Shown: one piece after another, positions 1 to 12,774 of the stretch
Layout of the letters: every line of letters begins with the position of its first letter
Numbering within the stretch: position 1 is the stretch's first letter
Assembly (NCBI RefSeq): GCF_024298765.1
Contig: NZ_CP101210.1
From: Escherichia coli
GTDB lineage: Bacteria; Pseudomonadota; Gammaproteobacteria; Enterobacterales; Enterobacteriaceae
Length of the DNA: 64,000 bases
Strand: one strand, 5' to 3'
Notes under the pieces: model-generated
What the model saw: the letters and a program-made list of their open reading frames with translations, nothing else
Databases searched by the model: none
What the model was told of the DNA's origin: nothing
Program-made: the position numbers and the translations under genes

Positions 1-669
1 GCTATATGCCAGCGCCTGACACAATGTTTCACGAGCCTGCCAGATATCTCCCTGAAACAACGCCAGTGCCGCACCAGGCGAACCGGCGCTTAAGCGCAAT
101 GCGGCAAGTAATGCATCCTGTGACATTGTCACTTCGCGTGAAAGCCAGGTCACGGCGTACTGTTCCGGTGGCGGCGCAAGGTAATGTAACCGACAACGAC
201 TACGTAATGTTGCCAGTAAACGTTCTGGCTCGCGGGTAGCAAGGAAAAACCACGTTTCTGCTGGTGGCTCTTCAAGCGTTTTCAGCAATGCGTTAGCCGC
301 GGCGTCGGTTAGTAAGGCAGCATCGGTTACCCAGACAACTTTCGCACCACCTAAGCGTGCGTGCTCATTCAGCTTTTCGGTGACCTCACGTACCGCATCA
401 ATGCCCAGCGTATTTTTCCCTTTTTCGGGAGCCAGGGTGTAGTAATCGGGATGCGTGCCAGCCTGCATCAACTGACATCCACGACAGTGACCGCAACTTT
501 TGTGGCCCTGCGGTTGTTGGCAGAGTAAATAACGGCTCAGGGCGTAGATTAAAGCATCATCGCCCATGCCCGGTAACGCCTGAATGAGCAGCGCATGGTG
601 ACCTCTTCCGGCCTGATAGCTGGCTACCAGTTTTTCGAAATCAGGTCGTAACCATGGATACCATCTCAT
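1..669 (-). CDS. holB: DNA polymerase III delta' subunit, N-terminal ~223 codons; 3' end runs off the window start
   Basis: Reverse translation from 669 reads [14 protein letters not shown]...; the ATG overlaps the tmk stop (ATGA); synteny with tmk. Confidence 0.85.
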   Translation of the reverse strand, partial: MRWYPWLRPDFEKLVASYQAGRGHHALLIQALPGMGDDALIYALSRYLLCQQPQGHKSCGHCRGCQLMQAGTHPDYYTLAPEKGKNTLGIDAVREVTEKLNEHARLGGAKVVWVTDAALLTDAAANALLKTLEEPPAETWFFLATREPERLLATLRSRCRLHYLAPPPEQYAVTWLSREVTMSQDALLAALRLSAGSPGAALALFQGDIWQARETLCQALAYS

Positions 670-1307
670 GCGTCCAACTCCTTCACCCAGTTGGTCACGG
701 TAGTGCGGATTGCATCCATCACAGCCTCCAGCGGCTGGGTGGCATCAATGGTATGAATGCTTTTATCTTGTGCTGCCAGTTCCAGATAGCGGGCGCGGGT
801 GCGATTAAAAAAATCGAAAGACTCTTGCTCAATACGATCCAGCTCGCCGCGTGCACGCGCGCGTTTTAAGCCAACTTCCGGGGTAACATCGAGATAGAGC
901 GTTAAGTCGGGGCGAAAATCCCCAAGAACAGCATCACGCAGTGTTGCCAGCATATGTTGGTCAATACCACGTCCGCCGCCCTGATACGCCTGAGTGGAGA
1001 GATCGTGGCGATCGCCAATCACCCAGGTGCCGTTAGCCAGCGCAGGTTTGATGACCGTTTCTACCAGTTGAACGCGCGCGGCATAAAACATCAGAACTTC
1101 GGCTTTATCGGTAATGACTTCATCGCCTACCGATTTGATATCCAGCACCAGGCTTCTTAACTTTTCGGCAAGTTGCGTACCGCCAGGTTCCCGAGTGAAA
1201 ACCATGTCGCGGATACCCAGTTGCTCGAGCGTCTCAACCACCACGTTACGCGCGGTAGTTTTGCCTGCGCCTTCCAGCCCCTCAATGACGATATACTTAC
1301 TGCGCAT
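666..1307 (-). CDS. tmk: thymidylate kinase
   Basis: 213-aa ORF with P-loop GLEGAGKTT; conserved position between holB and mltG. Confidence 0.93.
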   Translation of the reverse strand: MRSKYIVIEGLEGAGKTTARNVVVETLEQLGIRDMVFTREPGGTQLAEKLRSLVLDIKSVGDEVITDKAEVLMFYAARVQLVETVIKPALANGTWVIGDRHDLSTQAYQGGGRGIDQHMLATLRDAVLGDFRPDLTLYLDVTPEVGLKRARARGELDRIEQESFDFFNRTRARYLELAAQDKSIHTIDATQPLEAVMDAIRTTVTNWVKELDA

Positions 1308-2319
1308 TTTTTTCCTTAAGCACTTTCAGATAATCCTGCACAGACTTGTTATGACTGGCAAGATTGGTATTAAACGTGTGACCACCTTTACCATCGGCCA
1401 CAAAATAGAGATACGGCGTTTTTGCCGGATGCGCAGCAGCCTTCAGCGAATCCGCCCCCGGCGTCGCTATCGCACCTGGCGGCAAACCGGTAATGGTATA
1501 GGTGTTATACGCTGTCGGCGTTTCCAGGTCTGCACGAGAAAGTTTGCCATTATAACGCTCTCCCATCCCGTAAATCACGGTTGGGTCGGTCTGCAGGCGC
1601 ATACCAATGCGTAAACGGTTGATAAATACCGAGGCAACCTGATCGCGTTCGCTGGAAACGGCGGTTTCTTTTTCGATAATTGATGCCATCGTCACCAACT
1701 GGTTTTTATCTTTATAAGGCAGACCGTCCGCACGCCCTTCCCAGGCGCTATCGACCGCTTTCACCATTTTCTTGTGCGCTCGCTTGAGTAACGCGACATC
1801 GGTGGTATTGGCGGTATACATCCAGGTGTCTGGCCAGAACCAACCTTCAATCCACTCCGGGTTTTCCAGTTCAAGTGCCTGCGCTACGGTGGCGTACTTA
1901 TCGTCGCTCAGCGTGTGCTTGATATAGGGGGCCTCACGCAATTGCTTGAGGTAATCGCTCAGACGCATCCCTTCTACCAGTCGCAGAGGGAACTGTGCTT
2001 CTTTACCGCTTTCCAGCAATTTCAGCATCTCGCGCACGGTCATCTGCGGTGTAAAGCGGTAAGTCCCGGCTTTAAAGTGAGAAAGATCCGGTTCGATACG
2101 CAGCAGCCATTGGAAAACCCGTGGGCGATTGATGATCTTATCGGCATAAAGCTGTTCACCGAGCGCCAGACGTCCGGTCCCTGGCTTCAGGGTAAATATC
2201 GTCTCTTCTTTGATAAGTAATTTGCTGTCGGCAAGATGGCGAACCTTCCAGACGCCCACACCAGCGGCGATACCCAGTACCACCAGCAATAACAAGATAA
2301 TCAATAACACTTTTTTCAT
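1297..2319 (-). CDS. mltG: endolytic murein transglycosylase (YceG/MltG)
   Basis: 340-aa ORF with N-terminal TM segment; synteny pabC-mltG-tmk. Confidence 0.9.
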   Translation of the reverse strand: MKKVLLIILLLLVVLGIAAGVGVWKVRHLADSKLLIKEETIFTLKPGTGRLALGEQLYADKIINRPRVFQWLLRIEPDLSHFKAGTYRFTPQMTVREMLKLLESGKEAQFPLRLVEGMRLSDYLKQLREAPYIKHTLSDDKYATVAQALELENPEWIEGWFWPDTWMYTANTTDVALLKRAHKKMVKAVDSAWEGRADGLPYKDKNQLVTMASIIEKETAVSSERDQVASVFINRLRIGMRLQTDPTVIYGMGERYNGKLSRADLETPTAYNTYTITGLPPGAIATPGADSLKAAAHPAKTPYLYFVADGKGGHTFNTNLASHNKSVQDYLKVLKEKNAQ

Positions 2320-2321
2320 GA

Positions 2322-3131
2322 CTAATTCGGGCGCTCACAAAGTGGGGCTAAATATTCATATAACGTTGCTGACGAAAAGGAGACATCGCCACAGGCACGT
2401 ACGGGCATCACTGGCATTAACGCATTACAAATAACCATCTCATCTGCCTGCAACGCCTCCTCCAGCGAGGCTTGCACTTCGACAAGCTGATAAGAGGATT
2501 GTGCCAGCAAACGGATACAGAATTGTCGCATAATGCCGTTAACACCTGCCTGATCCAGTCGCGGCGTATAAACTACGTTGCCCTTCCGCCAGAACAAATT
2601 AGCCGCACAGCATTCCGTAACCCACCCTTCGCTGTCAAGGACCAGCGCCTCATCAGCGTTTGTCTGCTCAAGATGAGAGCGGATCAATACTTGCTCAAGC
2701 CGATTAAGATGTTTAATACCTGCAAGATGAGGATTGCGCCCCAGCCGCACCGGGCTTAGCGCCAACGTCATCCCCTCGTTACGCAAACGGTCGTAATGTG
2801 CGGGATAAACCGTAACGGAGAGAATCCGCGTTGCCGGTCCGCTGTTCAATGTGCTGTATCCTCGCCCGCCACTACCGCGACTGATCACCACTTTCAGCAC
2901 ACCATTTTGCTGTTCTGCTGCCAGCGTTTTCATCTCTAGTTCAAGCTGAGGCCAGAAGTCACAGGAAATCATCAACCGCTGACAAGCATCCTGTAGTCGC
3001 TGGATATGCGCCGATAACAAACTGACTTTACCGTCGATAACTCTGGCGGTGGTAAAACAACCATCACCAAACTGCGTTGCCCGATCGCTTACTGCCAGCG
3101 ATTCCTGCTTATGACCGTTAATTAAGAACAT
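2322..3131 (-). CDS. pabC: aminodeoxychorismate lyase
   Basis: 269-aa ORF starting [28 protein letters not shown]; synteny. Confidence 0.9.
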   Translation of the reverse strand: MFLINGHKQESLAVSDRATQFGDGCFTTARVIDGKVSLLSAHIQRLQDACQRLMISCDFWPQLELEMKTLAAEQQNGVLKVVISRGSGGRGYSTLNSGPATRILSVTVYPAHYDRLRNEGMTLALSPVRLGRNPHLAGIKHLNRLEQVLIRSHLEQTNADEALVLDSEGWVTECCAANLFWRKGNVVYTPRLDQAGVNGIMRQFCIRLLAQSSYQLVEVQASLEEALQADEMVICNALMPVMPVRACGDVSFSSATLYEYLAPLCERPN

Positions 3132-3199
3132 ACCGGCTCCTTATCAGAGAATTGTTAGTGTGGCAGCATGTTCACTACGGAACAAGTCGGAATAAAAGC

Positions 3200-3905
3200 T
3201 AATAAATATCCTCCGGCATAGCCGGAGGTTTTTCAAATGCGCCTATAAGGCTCTCTTACCAGCCGCGCCCTAACAGGCGCACACGATCTGACATTTGCAT
3301 CCAACTTCGTTACTTACGGCCCGTAAACGGGCTGCCCGGATAGGGAATCGATAACTGCTCTCCCATTTTATCCTCTTCAAGCTGGTGCTTTATGTAATCC
3401 TGTATCTTCGCCGTGTTCTTACCCACCGTATCGACGTAGTACCCTCTGCACCAGAACTCTCTGTTCCTGTATTTGAATTTCAAATCACCAAACTGCTCGT
3501 AAAGCATCAGACTGCTTTTCCCTTTCAGATATCCCATAAAGCCGGATACACTCATTTTGGGCGGGATCTCCACAAGCATATGGATATGATCTGCACAGCA
3601 TTCAGCTTCAAGAATCCGTACGCTTTTCCACTCACACAGCTTTCTCAAAATACTGCCTATTGCTCTACGCTTCTCTCTGTAGAACACTTGTCTTCGGTAT
3701 TTTGGCGCAAAAACTATGTGATATTTACAGTTCCATCGGGTGTGCGCTAAGCTCTTTTCGTTCCCCATTGGGACCCCCTTTTGATTTCTTGTTTGACACT
3801 TGCAGTTGCCAGACCGCAAGGTGTTTTAACAAATCAAAAGGGGTTTTAATAACTGGCTCAAAGCTGAAAGCTTTCCGGAACCCCCAGCCTAGCTGGGGGT
3901 TTTCT
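3200..3905 (-). mobile_element. IS200-family insertion sequence (~0.7 kb); ends approximate
   Basis: Single Y1/HuH transposase gene plus a perfect hairpin CCCCCAGC-ctag-GCTGGGGG (~3871-3889) upstream of tnpA, as in IS200; sits in what should be a short pabC-fabF spacer. Confidence 0.75.
3310..3768 (-). CDS. tnpA: IS200 transposase TnpA (IS200/IS605 family, Y1 HuH)
   Basis: 152 aa from MGNEKSLAHTRWNCKYHIVFAPKYRR, with HuH motif ADHIHMLV and a catalytic Tyr region; track ORF trimmed to the internal Met. Confidence 0.9.
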   Translation of the reverse strand: MGNEKSLAHTRWNCKYHIVFAPKYRRQVFYREKRRAIGSILRKLCEWKSVRILEAECCADHIHMLVEIPPKMSVSGFMGYLKGKSSLMLYEQFGDLKFKYRNREFWCRGYYVDTVGKNTAKIQDYIKHQLEEDKMGEQLSIPYPGSPFTGRK

Positions 3906-3914
3906 GTGCACAAG

Positions 3915-3940
3915 AAAAAAGGCCCGCAAGCGGACCTTTT
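3915..3940 (-). terminator. Rho-independent terminator downstream of fabF
   Basis: GC hairpin GGCCCGCAAGCGGACC flanked by an A-run and a T-run, just 3' of the fabF stop. Confidence 0.6.
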
Positions 3941-3961
3941 ATAAGGGTGGGAAATGACAAC

Positions 3962-5233
<1,272 letters not shown>

Positions 5234-5257
5234 CTAGTGGGACAAAAAGATAAAACT

Positions 5258-5279
5258 CAGGCGGTCGAACGACCGCCTG
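5258..5279 (-). terminator. hairpin between acpP and fabF (partial terminator/attenuator)
   Basis: Perfect palindrome CAGGCGGTCG-aa-CGACCGCCTG downstream of the acpP stop. Confidence 0.55.
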
Positions 5280-5290
5280 GAGATGTTCAC

Positions 5291-5527
5291 TTACGCCTGG
5301 TGGCCGTTGATGTAATCAATGGCAGCCTGAACGGTGGTGATTTTCTCAGCTTCTTCGTCCGGAATCTCAGTATCAAACTCTTCTTCCAGAGCCATTACCA
5401 GCTCAACGGTGTCAAGAGAATCCGCGCCCAGGTCTTCAACGAAAGAAGCATTGTTGGTAACTTCTTCCTGCTTAACGCCCAGCTGTTCGCCGATAATTTT
5501 CTTAACGCGTTCTTCGATAGTGCTCAT
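5291..5527 (-). CDS. acpP: acyl carrier protein
   Basis: 78 aa [18 protein letters not shown]...[16 protein letters not shown] with the phosphopantetheine Ser motif. Confidence 0.97.
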
Positions 5528-5737
5528 ACTCTTAAATTTCCTATCAAAACTCGCTTTCGCGATGGTTTTCGTAGTGTATAAAATGTTGAAAAATTTGCAA
5601 CTAAATCCCGGCAGGTCTTACCACGATTTTACGTTATTTTGAGGCCTTACCCCCCAATAACGCAAATCATTTTGCACTAATTATTACTCATAACCACGCA
5701 GACTGCGCGCAACATGAGCATTTTGTGCAAATCGCGG

Positions 5738-6472
5738 TCAGACCATGTACATCCCGCCGTTCACATGCAAAGTTTCACCCGTGATGTAAGCTGCTTCGTC
5801 GGATGCCAGGAATGCAACCGCGTTGGCGATTTCCTGTGCGCCGCCGAGGCGACCCGCAGGAACCTGCGCCAGGATACCCGCACGCTGGTCATCGCTCAGC
5901 GCACGTGTCATGTCCGTTTCAATAAAGCCCGGAGCAACAACGTTTACAGTAATACCGCGTGACGCAACTTCGCGCGCCAGTGATTTACTGAAGCCGATCA
6001 AGCCCGCTTTCGCCGCAGCGTAGTTGGCCTGACCGCCATTTCCCATGGTACCAACCACAGAACCGATAGTGATAATACGACCATGACGCTTTTTCATCAT
6101 AGCGCGCATTACCGCTTTTGACAGACGGAAAACAGATGAAAGGTTGGTTTCGATAATATCGTTCCACTCTTCATCTTTCATTCGCATTAACAGGTTATCA
6201 CGAGTGATACCGGCATTATTGACCAGGATATCCACTTCACCAAATTCTGCGCGAATTTTTTCCAGAACAGATTCGATAGATGCCGGGTCGGTCACATTCA
6301 ACATCAGACCTTTGCCGTTGGCACCTAAATAATCAGTGATCGCCTGAGCGCCATTTTCACTGGTCGCAGTGCCGATAACTTTCGCGCCACGGGCTGCGAG
6401 CGTTTCAGCAATTGCGCGGCCAATTCCGCGGCTTGCACCGGTTACCAGTGCGATTTTTCCTTCAAAATTCAT
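5738..6472 (-). CDS. fabG: 3-oxoacyl-ACP reductase
   Basis: 244 aa SDR with TGASRGIGRAIA and YAAAKAG. Confidence 0.95.
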   Translation of the reverse strand: MNFEGKIALVTGASRGIGRAIAETLAARGAKVIGTATSENGAQAITDYLGANGKGLMLNVTDPASIESVLEKIRAEFGEVDILVNNAGITRDNLLMRMKDEEWNDIIETNLSSVFRLSKAVMRAMMKKRHGRIITIGSVVGTMGNGGQANYAAAKAGLIGFSKSLAREVASRGITVNVVAPGFIETDMTRALSDDQRAGILAQVPAGRLGGAQEIANAVAFLASDEAAYITGETLHVNGGMYMV

Positions 6473-6484
6473 GATTTTCCTCTT

Positions 6485-7414
6485 TTAAAGCTCGAGCGCC
6501 GCTGCCATCGCTGAAGGTTCGTTCAGCGCCGAGGCGGTCAGGGTGTCGACAATGCGTTTCGTCAGGCCAGTAAGCACTTTGCTCGGGCCGACTTCATAGA
6601 GATGTTCTACGCCTTGCGCTGCCATGTATTCAACAGACTTCGTCCACTGAACCGGGTTATACAACTGACGTACCAGTGCGTCACGGATGGCATCACCATT
6701 GGTTTCGCATTTCACATCAACGTTATTCACAACAGGAACTGTTGGTGCGTTAAAGGTGATTTTCGCTAATTCTACTGCCAGTTTGTCGGCTGCTGGTTTC
6801 ATCAGCGCACAGTGAGACGGTACGCTCACTGGTAACGGCAGAGCGCGTTTTGCGCCCGCAGCTTTACAGGCAGCGCCAGCACGCTCAACTGCTTCTTTAT
6901 GACCGGCAATAACCACCTGTCCCGGAGAGTTAAAGTTTACCGGAGAAACGACCTGACCTTCTGCAGCTTCTTCACACGCTTTCGCAATAGACGCATCATC
7001 CAGACCGATGATTGCCGCCATAGCACCCGTTCCTTCCGGTACGGCTTCTTGCATGAACTTGCCGCGCATCTCAACCAGACGCACCGCATCAGCGAAATCA
7101 ATCACACCAGCGCAAACCAGCGCGGAGTATTCCCCCAGGCTGTGACCGGCCATCATTGCCGGTGCTTTACCGCCCTGCTGCTGCCATACGCGGTACAGCG
7201 CAACAGATGCAGTCAACAGCGCAGGCTGGGTTTGCCAGGTTTTATTCAGTTCTTCAGCTGGCCCCTGCTGTGTCAGCGCCCACAGGTCGTAGCCCAGCGC
7301 CGCAGAAGCTTCAGCAAACGTTTCTTCGACAATTGGATAGCTCGCCGCCATATCAGCCAGCATTCCAACGGTTTGAGAACCCTGTCCAGGGAACACAAAT
7401 GCAAATTGCGTCAT
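6485..7414 (-). CDS. fabD: malonyl-CoA:ACP transacylase
   Basis: 309 aa with GHSLGEYSALV active site. Confidence 0.95.
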   Translation of the reverse strand: MTQFAFVFPGQGSQTVGMLADMAASYPIVEETFAEASAALGYDLWALTQQGPAEELNKTWQTQPALLTASVALYRVWQQQGGKAPAMMAGHSLGEYSALVCAGVIDFADAVRLVEMRGKFMQEAVPEGTGAMAAIIGLDDASIAKACEEAAEGQVVSPVNFNSPGQVVIAGHKEAVERAGAACKAAGAKRALPLPVSVPSHCALMKPAADKLAVELAKITFNAPTVPVVNNVDVKCETNGDAIRDALVRQLYNPVQWTKSVEYMAAQGVEHLYEVGPSKVLTGLTKRIVDTLTASALNEPSAMAAALEL

Positions 7415-7429
7415 GTTTTAATCCTTATC

Positions 7430-8383
7430 CTAGAAACGAACCAGCGCGGAGCCCCAGGTGAATCCACCGCCAAAGGCTTCAAGCAGAACCAACTGCCCCG
7501 GCTTAATGCGCCCATCGCGTACAGCTTCATCCAGAGCGCACGGGACAGAGGCCGCAGAGGTATTACCGTGGCGATCCAGCGTCACCACGACATTGTCCAT
7601 CGACATGCCGAGTTTTTTCGCTGTTGCACTGATAATACGCAGGTTAGCCTGATGCGGAACCAGCCAGTCCAGTTGAGAACGGTCAAGATTATTCGCCGCC
7701 AGCGTCTCATCTACGATGTGCGCCAGTTCTGTTACCGCAACCTTGAAGACTTCGTTGCCCGCCATCGTCAGATGAATTGAATTCTCTGGATTCACACGGT
7801 CAGCATTAGGCAGCGTCAGCAACTCACCATAGCTACCGTCGGCATGCAGATGGGTGGAGATGATTCCCGGCTCTTCAGAGGCAGCCAGCACCGCAGCGCC
7901 CGCGCCATCGCCAAAAATAATAATAGTCCCACGATCGGTTGGATCGCAGGTGCGCGCCAGTACATCGGAACCGACGACCAGAGCATACTTCACCGCCCCA
8001 GATTTCACGTATTGATCGGCTACGCTTAATGCATAGGTGAAACCTGCGCAGGCTGCTGCAACGTCAAATGCCGGGCAACCTTTAATGCCCAGCATGCTTT
8101 GAATCTGACAAGCTGCGCTCGGGAAAGCGTGCGTAGCTGAAGTCGTTGCCACAACGATCAGGCCAATCTGGTCTTTCTCAATGCCCGCCATCTCAATTGC
8201 GCGTGTCGCCGCTTCAAAGCCCATGGTTGAAACGGTTTCGTTTGGCGCGGCAATGTGGCGTTCGCGGATACCGGTACGAGTGACAATCCACTCGTCAGAG
8301 GTGTCCACCATTTTTTCCAAATCGGCGTTTGTCCGCACTTGTTCGGGCAGATAGCTGCCAGTACCAATAATCTTCGTATACAT
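7430..8383 (-). CDS. fabH: 3-oxoacyl-ACP synthase III
   Basis: 317 aa KAS III; fab cluster synteny. Confidence 0.95.
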
Positions 8384-8450
8384 GTACGCTCAGTCACTTT
8401 TCGGTTATATACCGTCACTTGCAAACTGCGAGTTCGCTGGCAGCGTCCTG

Positions 8451-9521
8451 CTACCGCAGAGTTCCGCTTTTGCCACCGTCCAGCAGCTCAAAACCAGCTG
8501 GGTATACAGATTCCAGGCGAGCGGCAATTCGCTGAGGAACTTGTCGCTGCACCGCCTGCACTGCCTGTTCAATCGCGACCGCAAAAGCTCGCTGATTGGC
8601 TGCACCATGACTTTTTATCACCGTGCCGCGCAATCCTAACAGACAGGCGCCGTTATACTGGTCGGGGTTGAGGTGACTGAATCGCCTCGTCAGGCTCTTT
8701 TGTAGCCAACGCTTTAATAACAGTAGCCACCACGACCGTTTTTTCCCTTCACCCTGAGATTTCAGCAGAGAAAGGAACATCCTGACAACACCTTCCATCG
8801 TCTTTAATGTGACATTTCCTGTAAAGCCGTCACAAACCAGCACATCTGTCTTGCCAGTTAACAACTCATTGGCTTCAAGATAGCCGATATAATTGATAGA
8901 AGGGATTGTTTTAAGCACCGCTGAGGCATCCCGAATACTGTCGAGACCCTTTACTTCTTCTTCACCAATATTGAGCAACGCCACGCGAGGATTGGGAATT
9001 TCCACCACCTCTTCAGCCAGGACTGAGCCCATAATGGCAAATTGCACCAACATGGTGCTGTCACAATCGACGTTGGCCCCTAAATCGAGGACCACCGTTT
9101 TGCCCTTTTGCTGATGCGGTAATACCGTCACCAGCGCCGGACGCTCAATCCCCTCCAGGGGCTTGAGTAATAATTTTGCCAGCCCCATCAGCGCCCCGGT
9201 ATTACCGGCACTGACACAGGCTTGCGCTCGACCTTCTTTCACCAGCTCCAGGGCCACGCGCATTGAACTCCCACGACTGGCGCGGATAGCTTGCGAAGGC
9301 CGGGCATCACTGGCGATAACTGACTGCGCAGGAATAATCTGCAGACGCGAACGTTGTTCAAAGTCAGCTTTAGCAAGTAATGGCGTGATGGCGTCGGGAT
9401 TGCCGACTAAAAGAAGAGTGAGTTGCGAATTAGAATTCAGTGCCTGCAATGCTGCAGGCACTGTCACGGAAGGGCCAAAATCCCCTCCCATGACATCTAA
9501 CGCCAGGGTTAGACGTGTCAA
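8451..9521 (-). CDS. plsX: phosphate acyltransferase PlsX
   Basis: 356-aa [20 protein letters not shown]...; start codon choice not verified. Confidence 0.88.
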
Positions 9522-9601
9522 GGTATCGTCGCCGCCCGGTTTGGTCTTTCCCCAGTTGCCTGGGGAAAATCCTCACTAAGCTTCATCACGCAGACGCGTG
9601 A

Positions 9602-9787
<186 letters not shown>

Positions 9788-9826
9788 TCAATTACGGTTT
9801 ATCCCCGATCCAACGGGGAGCACCAA

Positions 9827-10360
<534 letters not shown>

Positions 10361-10546
10361 TTAACTTTGTAACGTCATAGAGTCAAAGAAAAAGGCAGCC
10401 TGTGGTTGCCTTTTGCCAATAATTCGCACACATTGCGGGTTACTGCTTTATTTTCGTTCAGTGCTGATAACGAACATCAACCTGCAAAACGAAGCGCATA
10501 GTTTAAAATGGCTATCATCAATACGCTATATCTGATGGAAAAAAAT

Positions 10547-11131
10547 ATGCCTAAACTTATTTTAGCCTCCACCTCGCCCTGGCGTCGCGCTCTTCTGGAA
10601 AAACTGCAAATCTCTTTTGAATGTGCAGCACCCGAGGTCGACGAAACTCCACGCAGCGACGAATCACCGCGACAGTTGGTGCTTCGACTGGCACAAGAAA
10701 AGGCGCAATCTCTGGCGTCACGTTATCCGGATCATTTAATTATTGGTTCAGACCAGGTATGTGTTCTTGATGGCGAAATCACCGGTAAACCGTTAACGGA
10801 AGAAAATGCCCGTCTGCAATTACGCAAAGCCAGCGGCAATATCGTCACCTTCTATACTGGACTGGCGTTGTTTAATTCGGCGAATGGGCATCTACAAACA
10901 GAAGTGGAGCCTTTTGACGTCCATTTCCGTCACCTGAGCGAGGCGGAGATTGATAATTACGTGCGTAAAGAGCATCCCCTGCACTGCGCGGGTAGCTTTA
11001 AGAGTGAAGGATTTGGCATTACTCTGTTTGAGCGTTTAGAGGGGCGTGATCCTAACACGCTGGTTGGTTTACCGCTAATCGCGCTGTGTCAGATGTTACG
11101 TCGGGAAGGGAAAAACCCGCTGATGGGATAG
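10547..11131 (+). CDS. yceF: Maf-like nucleotide pyrophosphatase
   Basis: 194 aa from [17 protein letters not shown] (Maf family); track ORF trimmed. Confidence 0.85.
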
Positions 11132-11138
11132 TTTTTTG

Positions 11139-11215
11139 CGCCGGATGCGGTTACTTCGCATCCGGCAATCGGTGCTGGCGGCCTGATGCGGCGTAAACGC
11201 CTTATCAGGCCAACC
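11139..11215. repeat. REP-type palindromic units
   Basis: GCCGGATGCGG...CGCATCCGGC and GCCTGATGCGGCGTAAACGCCTTATCAGGCC between the convergent yceF and rluC. Confidence 0.7.
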
Positions 11216-11242
11216 GCCCATTATCATGCTTATATGCTCGTA

Positions 11243-12202
11243 TTAGCGCGCGTTACGCAGTTTTTGCAAACAACGCTTCAAACCTTCATCCATCGGCGCT
11301 TCGATACGCATCACCTCACCGGTCCCCGGATGAGTAAACTTCAACGCTGCAGCGTGCAGGAACAGGCGATTTAATCCCGTGCCTGCTTCAGTGAGCTGTC
11401 TGTCAAATTCACGGTCACCGTAGCGATCGTCAAAGGCAATCGGATGACCCGCATATTGTGTATGCACACGGATCTGATGAGTACGCCCTGTTACCGGGCT
11501 ACAACGCACCAGGGTGGCAAATGCATAGCGTTCTTCCACTTTAAAGCGTGTTTCCGACGGTTTGCCTTCCTGACTCACACGCACGATACGTTCGCCGCTT
11601 TGCAGAATATTTTTCAGTAACGGTGCTTGAACGCTCTTCACATGCGACTGCCACTGACCGCGCACCAGCGCCAGGTAATCTTTTTGCATCCCTTTTTCAC
11701 GTAGTTGCTCATGCAGAGAACGCAACGCCGAGCGTTTTTTCGCTACCAGCAACACACCTGAAGTGTCCCGGTCGAGACGATGAACCAGTTCAAGGAACCG
11801 CGCTTCCGGGCGCAACGCCCGCAAACCTTCGATAACGCCGAAGCTTAAACCACTGCCGCCATGTACCGCCGTACCGGAAGGTTTATTCAGCACCAGGATA
11901 TGGTCATCTTCATATAAGATGACGTCCGCCAGCGCCGCCACCTTTTGCAGATGTGGCGAAACCGCCTCTTCTTCCCGCTCAGCAATGCGAACCGGTGGAA
12001 TACGCACCTCATCACCCGCTTCGAGTTTATATTCAGGCTTAATACGTTTTTTGTTCACCCGCACTTCGCCTTTACGCAAAATACGGTAAATCATACTTTT
12101 TGGTACGCCTTTCAATTGAGTACGCAAAAAGTTATCGATACGTTGCCCCGCTTCGTCAGCGGTGATAGCAACAATTTTTACGGATGGAGTCTCTGTTTTC
12201 AT
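11243..12202 (-). CDS. rluC: 23S rRNA pseudouridine synthase RluC
   Basis: 319 aa with N-terminal S4 domain and RluA-family catalytic HRLDRDTSG. Confidence 0.93.
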   Translation of the reverse strand: MKTETPSVKIVAITADEAGQRIDNFLRTQLKGVPKSMIYRILRKGEVRVNKKRIKPEYKLEAGDEVRIPPVRIAEREEEAVSPHLQKVAALADVILYEDDHILVLNKPSGTAVHGGSGLSFGVIEGLRALRPEARFLELVHRLDRDTSGVLLVAKKRSALRSLHEQLREKGMQKDYLALVRGQWQSHVKSVQAPLLKNILQSGERIVRVSQEGKPSETRFKVEERYAFATLVRCSPVTGRTHQIRVHTQYAGHPIAFDDRYGDREFDRQLTEAGTGLNRLFLHAAALKFTHPGTGEVMRIEAPMDEGLKRCLQKLRNAR

Positions 12203-12774
12203 GGTGGGCGATTCTAATTAGCCAACAGGATTCGCGCCACTCATTTTTCTATGCTTATATTTAGTTTTGCACCTTATTACTTCACTACGTGATCACTTTA
12301 TTGATGGTTATTAAACCAATCACCAGCAAGAAGTGAAAAAACTGTGAGTAAGCGGGTGATAAATGGTAAAAGTCATCTTGCTATAACAAGGCTTGCAGTG
12401 GAATAATGAGGCCGTTTCCGTGTCCATCCTTGTTAAAACAAGAAATTTTACGGAATAACCCATTTTGCCCGACCGATCATCCACGCAGCAATGGCGTAAG
12501 ACGTATTGATCTTTCAGGCAGTTAGCGGGCTGCGGGTTGCAGTCCTTACCGGTAGATGGAAATATTTCTGGAGAGTAATACCCAGTCTGTTTCTTTGATA
12601 ATTGCGCTGTTTTTCCGCATGAAAAACGGGCAACCGACACTCTGCGCCTCTTTGAGCTGACGATAACCGTGAGGTTGGCGACGCGACTAGTCACGAGGCC
12701 ATCGGTTCACACCCGGAAAGGCGTTACTTTGCCCGCAGCTTAGTCGTCAATGTAAGAATAATGAGTAAGTTACG
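12203..12774 (+). promoter_or_regulatory. rne promoter region and long structured 5' leader
   Basis: ~570-nt ORF-poor spacer upstream of rne; the leader of rne is known to mediate RNase E autoregulation. Confidence 0.6.

Noticed and set aside
6-239. 77-aa ORF on the plus strand at the window start
   Set aside because: Antisense to holB, whose reading frame is clearly open and recognisable on the minus strand
1114-1614. 166-aa ORF on the plus strand
   Set aside because: Antisense to tmk and mltG
6899-7780. 293-aa ORF on the plus strand
   Set aside because: Lies entirely antisense to fabD and fabH, which are strongly supported; Arg-rich product typical of a mirror ORF
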